Below are positions 53,307-61,115 of a DNA stretch of 64,000 bases, in pieces. A program made the position numbers and the translations under genes. The stretch is taken from assembly GCA_965238035.1 (NCBI GenBank), contig OZ250163.1:1711575-1775574 (forward strand), written 5' to 3'. This DNA comes from Phototrophicaceae bacterium. GTDB taxonomy: Bacteria > Chloroflexota > Anaerolineae > Aggregatilineales > Phototrophicaceae. Position 1 is the stretch's first letter, and every line of letters begins with the position of its first letter. The notes beneath the pieces are model-generated. The model saw nothing but the letters and a program-made list of their open reading frames with translations, searched no databases and was not told where the DNA came from.

Positions 53307-54539
53307 ATGTTGTTCCGGACTGACGCCAAAAAACGCGTCCTCATCCTGATGTCCGACACGGGCGGCGGGCACCGTGCGGCTGCGGAGGCCATCCGCGACG
53401 CGCTCTACCGCAAGCCCGGCGCGGACGCCGTCGCCGTCGAGCTGGTGGACGTGTTCCGCGATTACTCGCCGGCGCCTTTCAAGTATTTGCCGGAGATTTA
53501 CCCCTGGTGGGTGAACAACAGCAAGCAGTCCTGGGGCGCCGGCTACAAGCTCTCCAACACGCGCCAGCGCGCCCGCATCCTCTCCACCACCATCTTTCAC
53601 ACCCTCGAGCTGGGGCTCAAGCGCCTGCTGCGTGAACACCCCGCCGACGTCATCGTCTGCGTGCATTCCGCGCTGGCGCGCCCCACCATGAAGGCCATGC
53701 AGAGCCTGCCCGGGCGCGCGCCCTTCGTGGTGGTCGTGACCGATCTCGTCTCCACGCACCACATGTGGTACGAGCAGCGCGCCGAGCGCACCCTCGTGCC
53801 TACCGCGGCGGCGCTGGCCCGGGGCCGTGAAAACGGCCTCAGCGACGAGCAATTGCGCCTCACCGGGCTGCCGGTGCACCCGGACTTCATCGACGGGCTG
53901 ACCGACCAGGCCAGCGCGCGCAAGGCGCTGGGCCTCGACCCGCAGCTGCCGGCCGTGCTGCTGGTGGGCGGAGTCGACGGCATGGGCCCGGTCTATCAAA
54001 CAGCGCTGGCCATCAACGAACGCTGGCCGCCCTGTCAGCTGCTCATCATCACCGGCCGCAACGAGGCCCTGCGTCAACGGCTCGGGGCGGTCGGCTGGCA
54101 TCAGCCGACGCAGGTCTACGGCTTCCGCCGCGACATGCCGCTTGTGCTGGCGGCCACCGACATCATCGTCACCAAGGCCGGCCCCGCCACCATCAGCGAG
54201 TCCTGCATCGCCGGCCTGCCGCTCATCCTCTACGATGCCATCCCTGGCCAGGAAACCGGCAACGTTGACTGGGTCATCGAGCATGACATCGGCGTCTTCA
54301 CGCCCGAGCCGCGCGAGATCGGCGACACCCTGGTTGCCTGGCTGAACGAGGGGCCGGAGGGTCTGCGGCGCCGTTCGCAGCGCTCACGCGATCATGCCCG
54401 CCCCGACGCCGTCTTCGCAATCGCCGCCGAAATCTGGGGTCAGGCGCAAGTGGGCCCGCGCGCCACGCGTGGCAATTTACTGCGCCACGGCTTCGACGAC
54501 CTCGCCGCCGCCACCCGCCGCCTCACGCGCGACATTTGA
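53307..54539 (+). CDS. MGDG-synthase-family glycosyltransferase (diacylglycerol glycosyltransferase, GT28)
   Basis: Start at ATG 53307. KRVLILMSDTGGGHRAAAEAIRDAL is the hallmark N-terminus of the MGDG synthase family. The C-terminal GT-B domain has TKAGPATISE. Confidence 0.85.
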   Translation: MLFRTDAKKRVLILMSDTGGGHRAAAEAIRDALYRKPGADAVAVELVDVFRDYSPAPFKYLPEIYPWWVNNSKQSWGAGYKLSNTRQRARILSTTIFHTLELGLKRLLREHPADVIVCVHSALARPTMKAMQSLPGRAPFVVVVTDLVSTHHMWYEQRAERTLVPTAAALARGRENGLSDEQLRLTGLPVHPDFIDGLTDQASARKALGLDPQLPAVLLVGGVDGMGPVYQTALAINERWPPCQLLIITGRNEALRQRLGAVGWHQPTQVYGFRRDMPLVLAATDIIVTKAGPATISESCIAGLPLILYDAIPGQETGNVDWVIEHDIGVFTPEPREIGDTLVAWLNEGPEGLRRRSQRSRDHARPDAVFAIAAEIWGQAQVGPRATRGNLLRHGFDDLAAATRRLTRDI

Positions 54540-54588
54540 GCGTGTGTTCATCGCACTCGTAACATAAACAGCAAAGGCGCTCCTGAAC

Positions 54589-55389
54589 ATGACAATCTGC
54601 GTAAGTGTGAAAACGCGTGATGGCATCGTGCTGGGCACGGACAGCATGACGACAGTGATGCTGCCCAGCTCCGATGGACAGTCGGTGGTAGCCAAGACCT
54701 ACAGCAATGCGCGCAAACTGGTTCAGATTGGCGCCCTGCCCGTCGGTGTCTTCACCTATGGTCTGGGTAATCTGGGCCCGCGCACGGTCTACAGTCATAT
54801 TCTCGAATATAGCCGGTCACTTGAGAACAGCAGTGACTGGAAAGTACGGGACATTGCTGCCGGACTGTCTAGGCACTTGTTGAAGGAATACAATGCGATC
54901 TATGGAAGTGCAGAAAACAAACCTGCCCTGGGTTTGCATGTTGCGGGGTACTCGGTTGGTTCAGCCTTGCCGGAAGAGTGGGAACTGGAATGTCCCGGCT
55001 CAGCCGAACCTGACCTTACAATGGGTATGGACGATGTTGGCGTAAACTGGGAAGGCATTACGCTTCCATTTGCACGATTGTTTTACGGGTACGATGTTCG
55101 TTTGGTTGAGGCGTTGCAGGCTGGAGGCGTAAAATCCGGGTTGTTGCAGACAGTATTGGAAGAAACTTCGCTTGTCCCACAATTGTCTGTTGATGCGATG
55201 CCGTTGCAGGACGCCATCAATTATGCCGTATATGTGTTACGAACCACGATAGGATTCACATCATTTGAAACCGGGCCAGCCTTGTGTGGTGGCCAGCTCC
55301 AGGTTGCTGTAATATCAGAAGAAGCGCAGTTCCAATGGGTTAGCAAGCCAGAATTCAGGATTCCGGAGGATACAAATGTGTGGGCCTGA
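54589..55389 (+). CDS. Proteasome beta-subunit / HslV-like Ntn-hydrolase family protein (divergent, stand-alone)
   Basis: 266 aa. The N-terminus M-TICVSVKTRDGIVLGTDS puts Thr directly after the initiator Met, with Asp at mature position 17. ARKLVQI resembles the Lys33 KKLFQI region, and CGGQLQVAVI resembles the C-terminal GG..v.vi strand. GC content is clearly lower than the flanks. Confidence 0.65.
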   Translation: MTICVSVKTRDGIVLGTDSMTTVMLPSSDGQSVVAKTYSNARKLVQIGALPVGVFTYGLGNLGPRTVYSHILEYSRSLENSSDWKVRDIAAGLSRHLLKEYNAIYGSAENKPALGLHVAGYSVGSALPEEWELECPGSAEPDLTMGMDDVGVNWEGITLPFARLFYGYDVRLVEALQAGGVKSGLLQTVLEETSLVPQLSVDAMPLQDAINYAVYVLRTTIGFTSFETGPALCGGQLQVAVISEEAQFQWVSKPEFRIPEDTNVWA

Positions 55390-55561
55390 CCGGCTTGACG
55401 AATGGCAATATCCAAAGGCGGGCAAGGTGAAACTCACCGGAAAGCCGGTCTCGGCTGTCAAGGTAAAGTTGAAAGAGTATTCGAAGCCCGGCTCCTATGT
55501 TCCAGGCAGGGAACGGGTGAGCCAGCCCTGGCCGCCGCTGATTCAGAAGAAGCAGTCCTGA
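55376..55561 (+). CDS. Small Lys/Pro-rich ORF translationally coupled to the Ntn-hydrolase gene
   Basis: 61 codons. GGAGGA (55365-55370) lies 5 nt before ATG 55376. The ORF overlaps the upstream stop by 14 nt. Third-position GC is about 70 percent by hand count. No recognisable family. Confidence 0.35.
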   Translation: MCGPDRLDEWQYPKAGKVKLTGKPVSAVKVKLKEYSKPGSYVPGRERVSQPWPPLIQKKQS

Positions 55562-55610
55562 CATCCGCCAGGCTTCTCGCTGGCGCTTTCCCAACTCCTG
55601 ACACATACGC

Positions 55611-55725
55611 GGCACGCTGCCTCACAGCGCGATTGCCGCGTGCCGTTCTCATGTACCATGAATGCATCCTGAAACCGAAGCGGAGAGCCGCTGTCGCATG
55701 AAAGCCATCATCCTGGCAGCCAGGC
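55611..55725 (+). repeat. Diverged duplicate of the nucleotidyltransferase promoter, RBS and first codons (copy A)
   Basis: Shares the blocks GCGCGATTGCCGCG..CCGTTCTCA.GTAC and GAGCCGCTG.CGCATGAAAGC.ATCAT.CTGGCAGC with 56701-56815. It opens a 31-codon relic ORF (MKAIILAARHGG...). Confidence 0.7.
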
Positions 55726-55857
55726 ACGGCGGCACTACCATTTTGAGTGACTCGCACAAGGCACAGTTCAGTTACGGCGGGCCCGGGAGGTAATCAGGCG
55801 TTTTGGATAACCCGGAACGTCGCCCTTTATTTGCTTCACCAGGAGGCGCGAACAACT

Positions 55858-56694
55858 ATGTCAATCGACTATGGCGAGAAGAGGAAGCAACTCGATCGTG
55901 ACGGGTATTGCCTGCTCGAAAACATCATCGATAGCGGGATGCTGGAACGCCTGCGTGCCGTCACGGACAAGGTGCTGGCCCGGACAGAAGCGGCGCATTT
56001 CGAGGAAAAGCGTTCCCAGGGCAGTGTTATTCCGGTATTCGAACATCCCTCTATGGCCGAACTCATTGCCTGTCCCGCGGTGCTGGCGGCGCTGGCCGCA
56101 CTGGGGTTTGCTGACCCCAAATGGGGGAGCGGCTTCATCATCAGCAAGCCACCACACAGCCCGCCGCTGTTCTGGCACCACGATGCGCGCTTCTGGGATG
56201 ATCCCGTCAGCTATACGCCACAGACCATCCAGTGTTTCCTGATGATCTATCTGGTCGATACGACGCCGCACAATGGCTGTCTGCGGCTGATCCCCGGTTC
56301 TCACCTGAAGCGTCATCCGCTGCACGACCAGTTGCCGGGGGCGCACGCAGAAGATCTGGGCAGAATGAATGATCCGGACCATCCGGCCTACAAACGTGTC
56401 GCAGGTGAAGTCGATGTCCCCGTCAAGACAGGGGATGTTGTCATGGGCAGCGCCCGCTTGTTCCATGCCGCGCACGGCAACCAGAGCGATCAGCGCAGGA
56501 CCAATATCACGCTCTGGTACTATCCGGCCTTTGCCGAATTACCTGAATCCATCCAGGCGTATCTCGCGCAAGATGCCTGGCCGGCAGCCTGGCATGAGCA
56601 GACAAAAGACCTGGTGGAGCCCCTGCGCCCGGTTTATGAAGGCGATGCCGGGCCGATCCGGCTCAACAGGACCCCCGGGAAAGATTTGAAGTGA
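55858..56694 (+). CDS. Phytanoyl-CoA dioxygenase (PhyH) family Fe(II)/2-oxoglutarate dioxygenase
   Basis: ATG 55858 follows AGGAGG. LDRDGYCLLENII, WHHDARFW and CLRLIPGSH are typical PhyH features, including HxD...H iron ligands. Confidence 0.85.
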   Translation: MSIDYGEKRKQLDRDGYCLLENIIDSGMLERLRAVTDKVLARTEAAHFEEKRSQGSVIPVFEHPSMAELIACPAVLAALAALGFADPKWGSGFIISKPPHSPPLFWHHDARFWDDPVSYTPQTIQCFLMIYLVDTTPHNGCLRLIPGSHLKRHPLHDQLPGAHAEDLGRMNDPDHPAYKRVAGEVDVPVKTGDVVMGSARLFHAAHGNQSDQRRTNITLWYYPAFAELPESIQAYLAQDAWPAAWHEQTKDLVEPLRPVYEGDAGPIRLNRTPGKDLK

Positions 56695-56700
56695 CAGCAG

Positions 56701-56815
56701 GGCCCACTGCCCGGGGCGCGATTGCCGCGCGCGCCGTTCTCAAGTACGATTGACACACCAAGGCCATCGGAACGGGGAGCCGCTGACGCATGAAAGCAAT
56801 CATTCTGGCAGCGGG
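56701..56815 (+). repeat. Promoter, RBS and first codons of the nucleotidyltransferase gene (copy B of the duplication)
   Basis: TTGCCG, a 17-nt spacer, then TACGAT, then GGGGAG and ATG 56790. Pairs with copy A at 55611-55725. Confidence 0.6.
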
Positions 56816-57869
56816 ACAGGGCACACGTTTGCGCCCGGTGACCCTCACCATGCCCAAGCCGCTGGTGCCGGTCGCCAACAAGGCTCTCATCGAATACTCC
56901 ATCGACTTGCTGCGCGACGCCGGCCTGTGCGACATCGGCATCGTCGTTAACAGCATGGGCTCGCCCATTCGGCGCCAGCTGGGCGACGGCCATCAACTGG
57001 GCGTGCAGCTCGAATACATCGTGCAGGAAGAGCAACGGGGGCTGGCGCATGCCGCCAGCCTGGCGCAGTCTTTCATCGGCGACGAGCCCTTCTGCATGTT
57101 CCTCGGCGACAACATCTTCAAGGATCGCCTCAGTGAACTGCTGGCGAACTTTCCCGCTTCCGGGGCCGATGCGGCGGTGGCGCTAATCGAGGTGCCGGAC
57201 CCGGAACGCTTTGGCATCGCCGAGCTGGACGAGAGTTACGAGCGCATCAAGCGCGTCGTGGAAAAGCCGGAAAATCCGCCCTCCAGCCTCGCCATCTCCG
57301 GCGTCTACCTGTTCCGCAAGTCGATTTTCGAGGCGATCCGCAACATCAAGCCTTCCTGGCGCAACGAGCTGGAGATTACCGACGCAATCGAGTGGCTCAT
57401 CAACCAGGGCAAGCGCGTGCAACCCTATATCCTGCAAGGCTGGTGGATCGACGCCGGCAAGCCGGAGTCCATCATTCAGGCCAACCAGGTGGTGCTCAGC
57501 GATCTGCCCTACACGCCACCGCCCACGGATCGCCGCCAGGTCTGCGAGAAATCGGATGTCTCGCACCGCGTGCTCATCGGCAAAGGCAGCCAGATTATCG
57601 ACAGTGTGGTGCGCGGCCCGGTCATCATCGGCGACAACGTGCGCATCAGGAACAGCTACATCGGCCCCTACACCGCGCTGGGCAACAACGTGGTCGTCGA
57701 GGGCAGTGAAATTGAAGACAGCATCGTCATGAAGGATTGCGTCATTCGCAACATGCCGGGCCGCATCGATTCCAGCCTGCTGGCGGACAATTCACAGGTC
57801 ACCTCGGCACAGCATGTGCCGGCCGCGCATCGCCTCATCCTGGCCGAGAACAGCTACGTGCAACTGTGA
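56790..57869 (+). CDS. Sugar-1-phosphate nucleotidyltransferase (glucose-1-phosphate thymidylyltransferase, long form with LbH domain)
   Basis: 359 aa. MKAIILAAGQGTRLRPVTLTMPKPLVPV is the canonical NTP-transferase N-terminus. The C-terminus has left-handed beta-helix repeats. Confidence 0.9.
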   Translation: MKAIILAAGQGTRLRPVTLTMPKPLVPVANKALIEYSIDLLRDAGLCDIGIVVNSMGSPIRRQLGDGHQLGVQLEYIVQEEQRGLAHAASLAQSFIGDEPFCMFLGDNIFKDRLSELLANFPASGADAAVALIEVPDPERFGIAELDESYERIKRVVEKPENPPSSLAISGVYLFRKSIFEAIRNIKPSWRNELEITDAIEWLINQGKRVQPYILQGWWIDAGKPESIIQANQVVLSDLPYTPPPTDRRQVCEKSDVSHRVLIGKGSQIIDSVVRGPVIIGDNVRIRNSYIGPYTALGNNVVVEGSEIEDSIVMKDCVIRNMPGRIDSSLLADNSQVTSAQHVPAAHRLILAENSYVQL

Positions 57870-57890
57870 GGCTGGCCGGGAGGGTGCCCC

Positions 57891-59075
57891 TTGTCCCTGA
57901 GCCGACGCAACTTTCTCACACTGGCTGCTGTTCTGGCGCCAACGCTGCCGGCTGCGGCTGTCAGGGCTGAGGATATGCAGCCGATGGGCAAGCACGAACG
58001 CTTCAACGTCCATCGGCAGCAGCCCTTCAATGGTGGCCCGCCGCTGGACCTGCTGCGGGCATCCTTCTTCACGCCGCTGGAGCTGTTCTACGTGCGCAAC
58101 CACGCGCCCGTGCCCGCGGCTGACGCGGACTGGCTGCTGGAAATTGTCGGCGCTGTGCAGCGACCGCTGCGGCTCGACCTGGCGACGCTGCAGCGCGACT
58201 TTCCGCGCCACGAGCTGGCGGCGACGATGCAGTGCGCCGGCAATCGGCGCATGGAGATGTTGCCTGAACTCGACCCGCTACAGGCGGTCGCCTGGGGCAG
58301 CGACGCCATCAGCAACGGGCGCTGGGCCGGGACGCGCCTGCGCGACGTGCTGGCGGCGTCAGGTGTGACGGCGGATGCGCATCACCTGGCTGCAATCGGT
58401 CGCGACGAAATCATCGAAAACAGCTTCGAAAACACCATCAGCAGCACCATCTTCGGTTTCGGCGGCTCGATTCCGCTGCGGAAGGCGCTGGCGGACGAGG
58501 TGTTACTGGCCTGGGAGCTGAATGGCGCGCCGCTGTCGCCGCTGCATGGCGGGCCGCTGCGTCTGCTGGTGCCGGGCACTATCGGCGCCCGCAGCGTCAA
58601 GTGGCTGCGGCGCCTTTCGCTGCAGGACGCGCCATCCGACAATTTTTACCAGCAGCGCGCCTACAAGGTCTTCCCGCCCGAGGTCAGCGCCGACACGGTG
58701 GACTGGAGCAATAGCGAGCCCCTGGGCGCCTTCATCGTCAATTCCGTCATCTGCACGCCGGCGCCGGACGCCATACTGTCAGCCGGCAACACACGTATCG
58801 CCGGCTACGCCATCAGCGATGTGCCGGTCAGCGCGGTCGAGCTTTCCGTCGATGGCGGCCGCCACTGGCTGCCCGCCAGGTTGACGGCGGAGCAGGCGCG
58901 CTGGAGCTGGCGCTTTTGGGAGTGTGAGGTGGCACTGGCGCCGGGGACGCACGAACTGGTTGTGCGTGCCAGGGACGTCGAGGGCAACAGCCAGCCGCCG
59001 GATGTGGGCCCGATCCATAATTTCAAAGGTTACATGATGAACAGCTGGCAGCGTCTGCGCGTTACTGTCCGCTGA
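57891..59075 (+). CDS. Sulfite-oxidase-family molybdopterin oxidoreductase, Tat-exported
   Basis: TTG 57891 follows GGGAGGG. The Tat motif is SRRNFLT. The Mo-binding region contains MQCAGNRR and is followed by a dimerisation domain. Confidence 0.85.
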   Translation: MSLSRRNFLTLAAVLAPTLPAAAVRAEDMQPMGKHERFNVHRQQPFNGGPPLDLLRASFFTPLELFYVRNHAPVPAADADWLLEIVGAVQRPLRLDLATLQRDFPRHELAATMQCAGNRRMEMLPELDPLQAVAWGSDAISNGRWAGTRLRDVLAASGVTADAHHLAAIGRDEIIENSFENTISSTIFGFGGSIPLRKALADEVLLAWELNGAPLSPLHGGPLRLLVPGTIGARSVKWLRRLSLQDAPSDNFYQQRAYKVFPPEVSADTVDWSNSEPLGAFIVNSVICTPAPDAILSAGNTRIAGYAISDVPVSAVELSVDGGRHWLPARLTAEQARWSWRFWECEVALAPGTHELVVRARDVEGNSQPPDVGPIHNFKGYMMNSWQRLRVTVR

Positions 59076-60060
59076 GCGCCTGACCAGACTCCAGCGCCGC
59101 GCGCAGTTCTTCCGCCGCGGGCGCGTAATTCCCCACACGCCGCACGACCAGGCCGCTGGCGCTATTGGCCAGGGCGACGGCCGTGGGCCAGGGCGCTCCG
59201 GCGGCAGCGGCCAGCGTCATCACCGCGATGGCCGTGTCGCCCGCGCCGGTCACGTCGTAGACGTCGCTGACGACCGGCGCCGGGCAATGTTGCAGCGCGC
59301 CGTCCGCCGCAGCCAGGGTGGCGCCCTGCGGCCCGCGCGTGATGACCATGGCGCCGGTGAGGCGCAGCGTCGCGCAGAGCTCGCGCGCGGCGGCAGCGAA
59401 GTCCGCGTCGGTCGCCAGCGTTTGTCCCAGCCAGTTGGCGGCGTCCTCTGCGTTGCATTTGACCAGGCCGAAGTCGTGATACTTGTCCAGCTCGCCCTGG
59501 GCGTCGGCCGCCAGCAGAGGCGCTCCCGCGCAGCGCAGGGCCTCCACCAGGGCCGGCGTCAGCAGGCCGACGCGATAGTCCGAAACCAGCACTGCATCGA
59601 CCGTGCGGCAGTGCTGCTGCAGGTGCGCGCGCAGCTGACTTTCACTGGCAGCGGCGAGCGGCGCGCGCGAGATGGTGTCGATGCGCGCCAGCTGTTGCGG
59701 ATAGCGCAAGCCCATCCGGGCCATGATGCGTTGCTTGACCGTGGTAGCGCGCGCGGTCTCGCTCACCAGCGCCGCGCAGTCGATGCCCTGCGCCCCCAGC
59801 AGCGCGCGCAACTGCTGCCCGGCCGCGTCGGCGCCGGTGACGCCGGCGAGGATGGCCTGGCTGCCGAGGCGCGCGATGGTGACGGCGGGGTTGGCCGCGC
59901 CGCCAGGGATGAGGCGGCGGCTCTCGAATTCCAGCACCGGCACCGGCGCCTCGCGGCTCATGCGCGCCGGGCGGCCGCTTACATATTCATCCAGCAGCAC
60001 GTCGCCGATGACCAGTATCCGGCGGCCCGCCAGCCGCGTCACCCAGCCCTGCAGTGACAA
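59062..60060 (-). CDS. PfkB-family kinase resembling D-glycero-beta-D-manno-heptose-7-phosphate kinase (HldE domain I / HldA)
   Basis: 332 aa. RILVIGDVLLDEYVSGRPARMSREAPVPVLEF is the hallmark of the heptose kinase domain. The C-terminal motif is DVTGAGD. Confidence 0.8.
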   Translation of the reverse strand: MSLQGWVTRLAGRRILVIGDVLLDEYVSGRPARMSREAPVPVLEFESRRLIPGGAANPAVTIARLGSQAILAGVTGADAAGQQLRALLGAQGIDCAALVSETARATTVKQRIMARMGLRYPQQLARIDTISRAPLAAASESQLRAHLQQHCRTVDAVLVSDYRVGLLTPALVEALRCAGAPLLAADAQGELDKYHDFGLVKCNAEDAANWLGQTLATDADFAAAARELCATLRLTGAMVITRGPQGATLAAADGALQHCPAPVVSDVYDVTGAGDTAIAVMTLAAAAGAPWPTAVALANSASGLVVRRVGNYAPAAEELRAALESGQALSGQ

Positions 60061-60543
60061 TCAACTCACCTTGTCGTCGACGCCGCTCACTTGCCGCAGG
60101 TATTCGGTCTGGCCGGCGTGATATCCGTCATGCCAGACCAGTTCAATCAGGCATTCACGCAGGTTGCCGCCATCGCCATAAATGCAGGTACCTGTGTTCA
60201 ACTGCTCCTCGCTGAGCGCGGCCAGCGCCGGCTCCAGCCGTTCCTGTGAACGGCGGAGGTCAGCCAGGATGACGTCAAGGTCGACAGAATCATCGTCAGC
60301 CTGCATCGCCTCACTGCCGTACCCGTAGGGCATGGTCCTGGCCTTGTCCCACAGCGGCTCGGCGTCCGCCATTTTCAGCATGGCATCACGGTAGACCAGG
60401 ATGTGGCCCAGCACCCAGTTGAGGCAATTGCCGCGGAAGGGCAGCTGCAACATGCTGTCCGCATGGGTCAGGCCCCCGGTCTGGCGCTCGATGACTCCCA
60501 GGTTTCGCGCCAGCATGCCCGTCAATTCAGCAGCCGAGATCAT
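60061..60543 (-). CDS. DinB-family (four-helix bundle, metal-dependent) protein, paralog 1
   Basis: 160 aa with the DinB pattern (NCLNWVLGHI...WHDGYHAGQTEY). Sits in tandem with a paralog of about 60 percent identity. Confidence 0.8.
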   Translation of the reverse strand: MISAAELTGMLARNLGVIERQTGGLTHADSMLQLPFRGNCLNWVLGHILVYRDAMLKMADAEPLWDKARTMPYGYGSEAMQADDDSVDLDVILADLRRSQERLEPALAALSEEQLNTGTCIYGDGGNLRECLIELVWHDGYHAGQTEYLRQVSGVDDKVS

Positions 60544-60577
60544 GTTCGTCCTTTCCCTTTCGTCCCGTCCGGGACAC

Positions 60578-61060
60578 TTAAATTACCTTGTCGTCGGTGC
60601 CGGTCAGCTGTCGCAGGTATTCGGTCTGTCCCGTGTGGTAGCTGTCGTGCCAGGTCATGAAGGCCAGGCGCTGGCGCAGGGTGTCGTCGCGCTCGTTCTC
60701 GAAGGGCGCGTCCAGCTGCTGCTCGTCATCAAGCGCGGCCATTGCGCCTGCCAGGCGCTCTTGAGAGCGCTGCAGGTCAGCCAGGATGGTCTCCATGGGG
60801 ACGACCTCGTCGTCGGCTTTCATGGGCTCGCTGCCGAAACCGTACATTTTTCCGCTTTCCTCGTCCCACAGCGGCTCAGCGCCGGCGATGCGCAGCATGT
60901 AATCGCGGCTGACCACGATGTGGCCCAGCACCCAGTTGAGGCAGTTGCCGCGGAAGGGCAGTTGCAGCATGCTGTCGGCCTGGGTCAGGCCTTCGGTCTG
61001 GAGCCCGATGACTTTCAGGTTTTGTGCCAGCATGGTCGTCATTTCAACGGCTGTAATCAT
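60578..61060 (-). CDS. DinB-family protein, paralog 2
   Basis: 160 aa. Shares the long block ADSMLQLPFRGNCLNWVLGHI with paralog 1. Confidence 0.8.
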   Translation of the reverse strand: MITAVEMTTMLAQNLKVIGLQTEGLTQADSMLQLPFRGNCLNWVLGHIVVSRDYMLRIAGAEPLWDEESGKMYGFGSEPMKADDEVVPMETILADLQRSQERLAGAMAALDDEQQLDAPFENERDDTLRQRLAFMTWHDSYHTGQTEYLRQLTGTDDKVI

Positions 61061-61115
61061 GATGTCCCCTTCTTCCTCTCACTATGGTTCCAGTCTGGCA
61101 CAATTCCCGCGTGAA

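Noticed and set aside
55376-55561. Interpreting the mini-ORF next to the proteasome-like gene as a Pup or UBact-type ubiquitin-like modifier.
   Set aside because: The C-terminus is ...LIQKKQS. It lacks the GGQ/GGE ending of Pup and the terminal motif reported for UBact. No Pup ligase (PafA) or depupylase (Dop) genes are nearby.
55698-55793. 31-codon ORF MKAIILAARHGGTTILSDSHKAQFSYGGPGR, considered as a second nucleotidyltransferase gene.
   Set aside because: It is only the first roughly 9 codons of the family followed by unrelated sequence and a stop. I treat it as a relic within the duplicated segment, not a functional enzyme gene.
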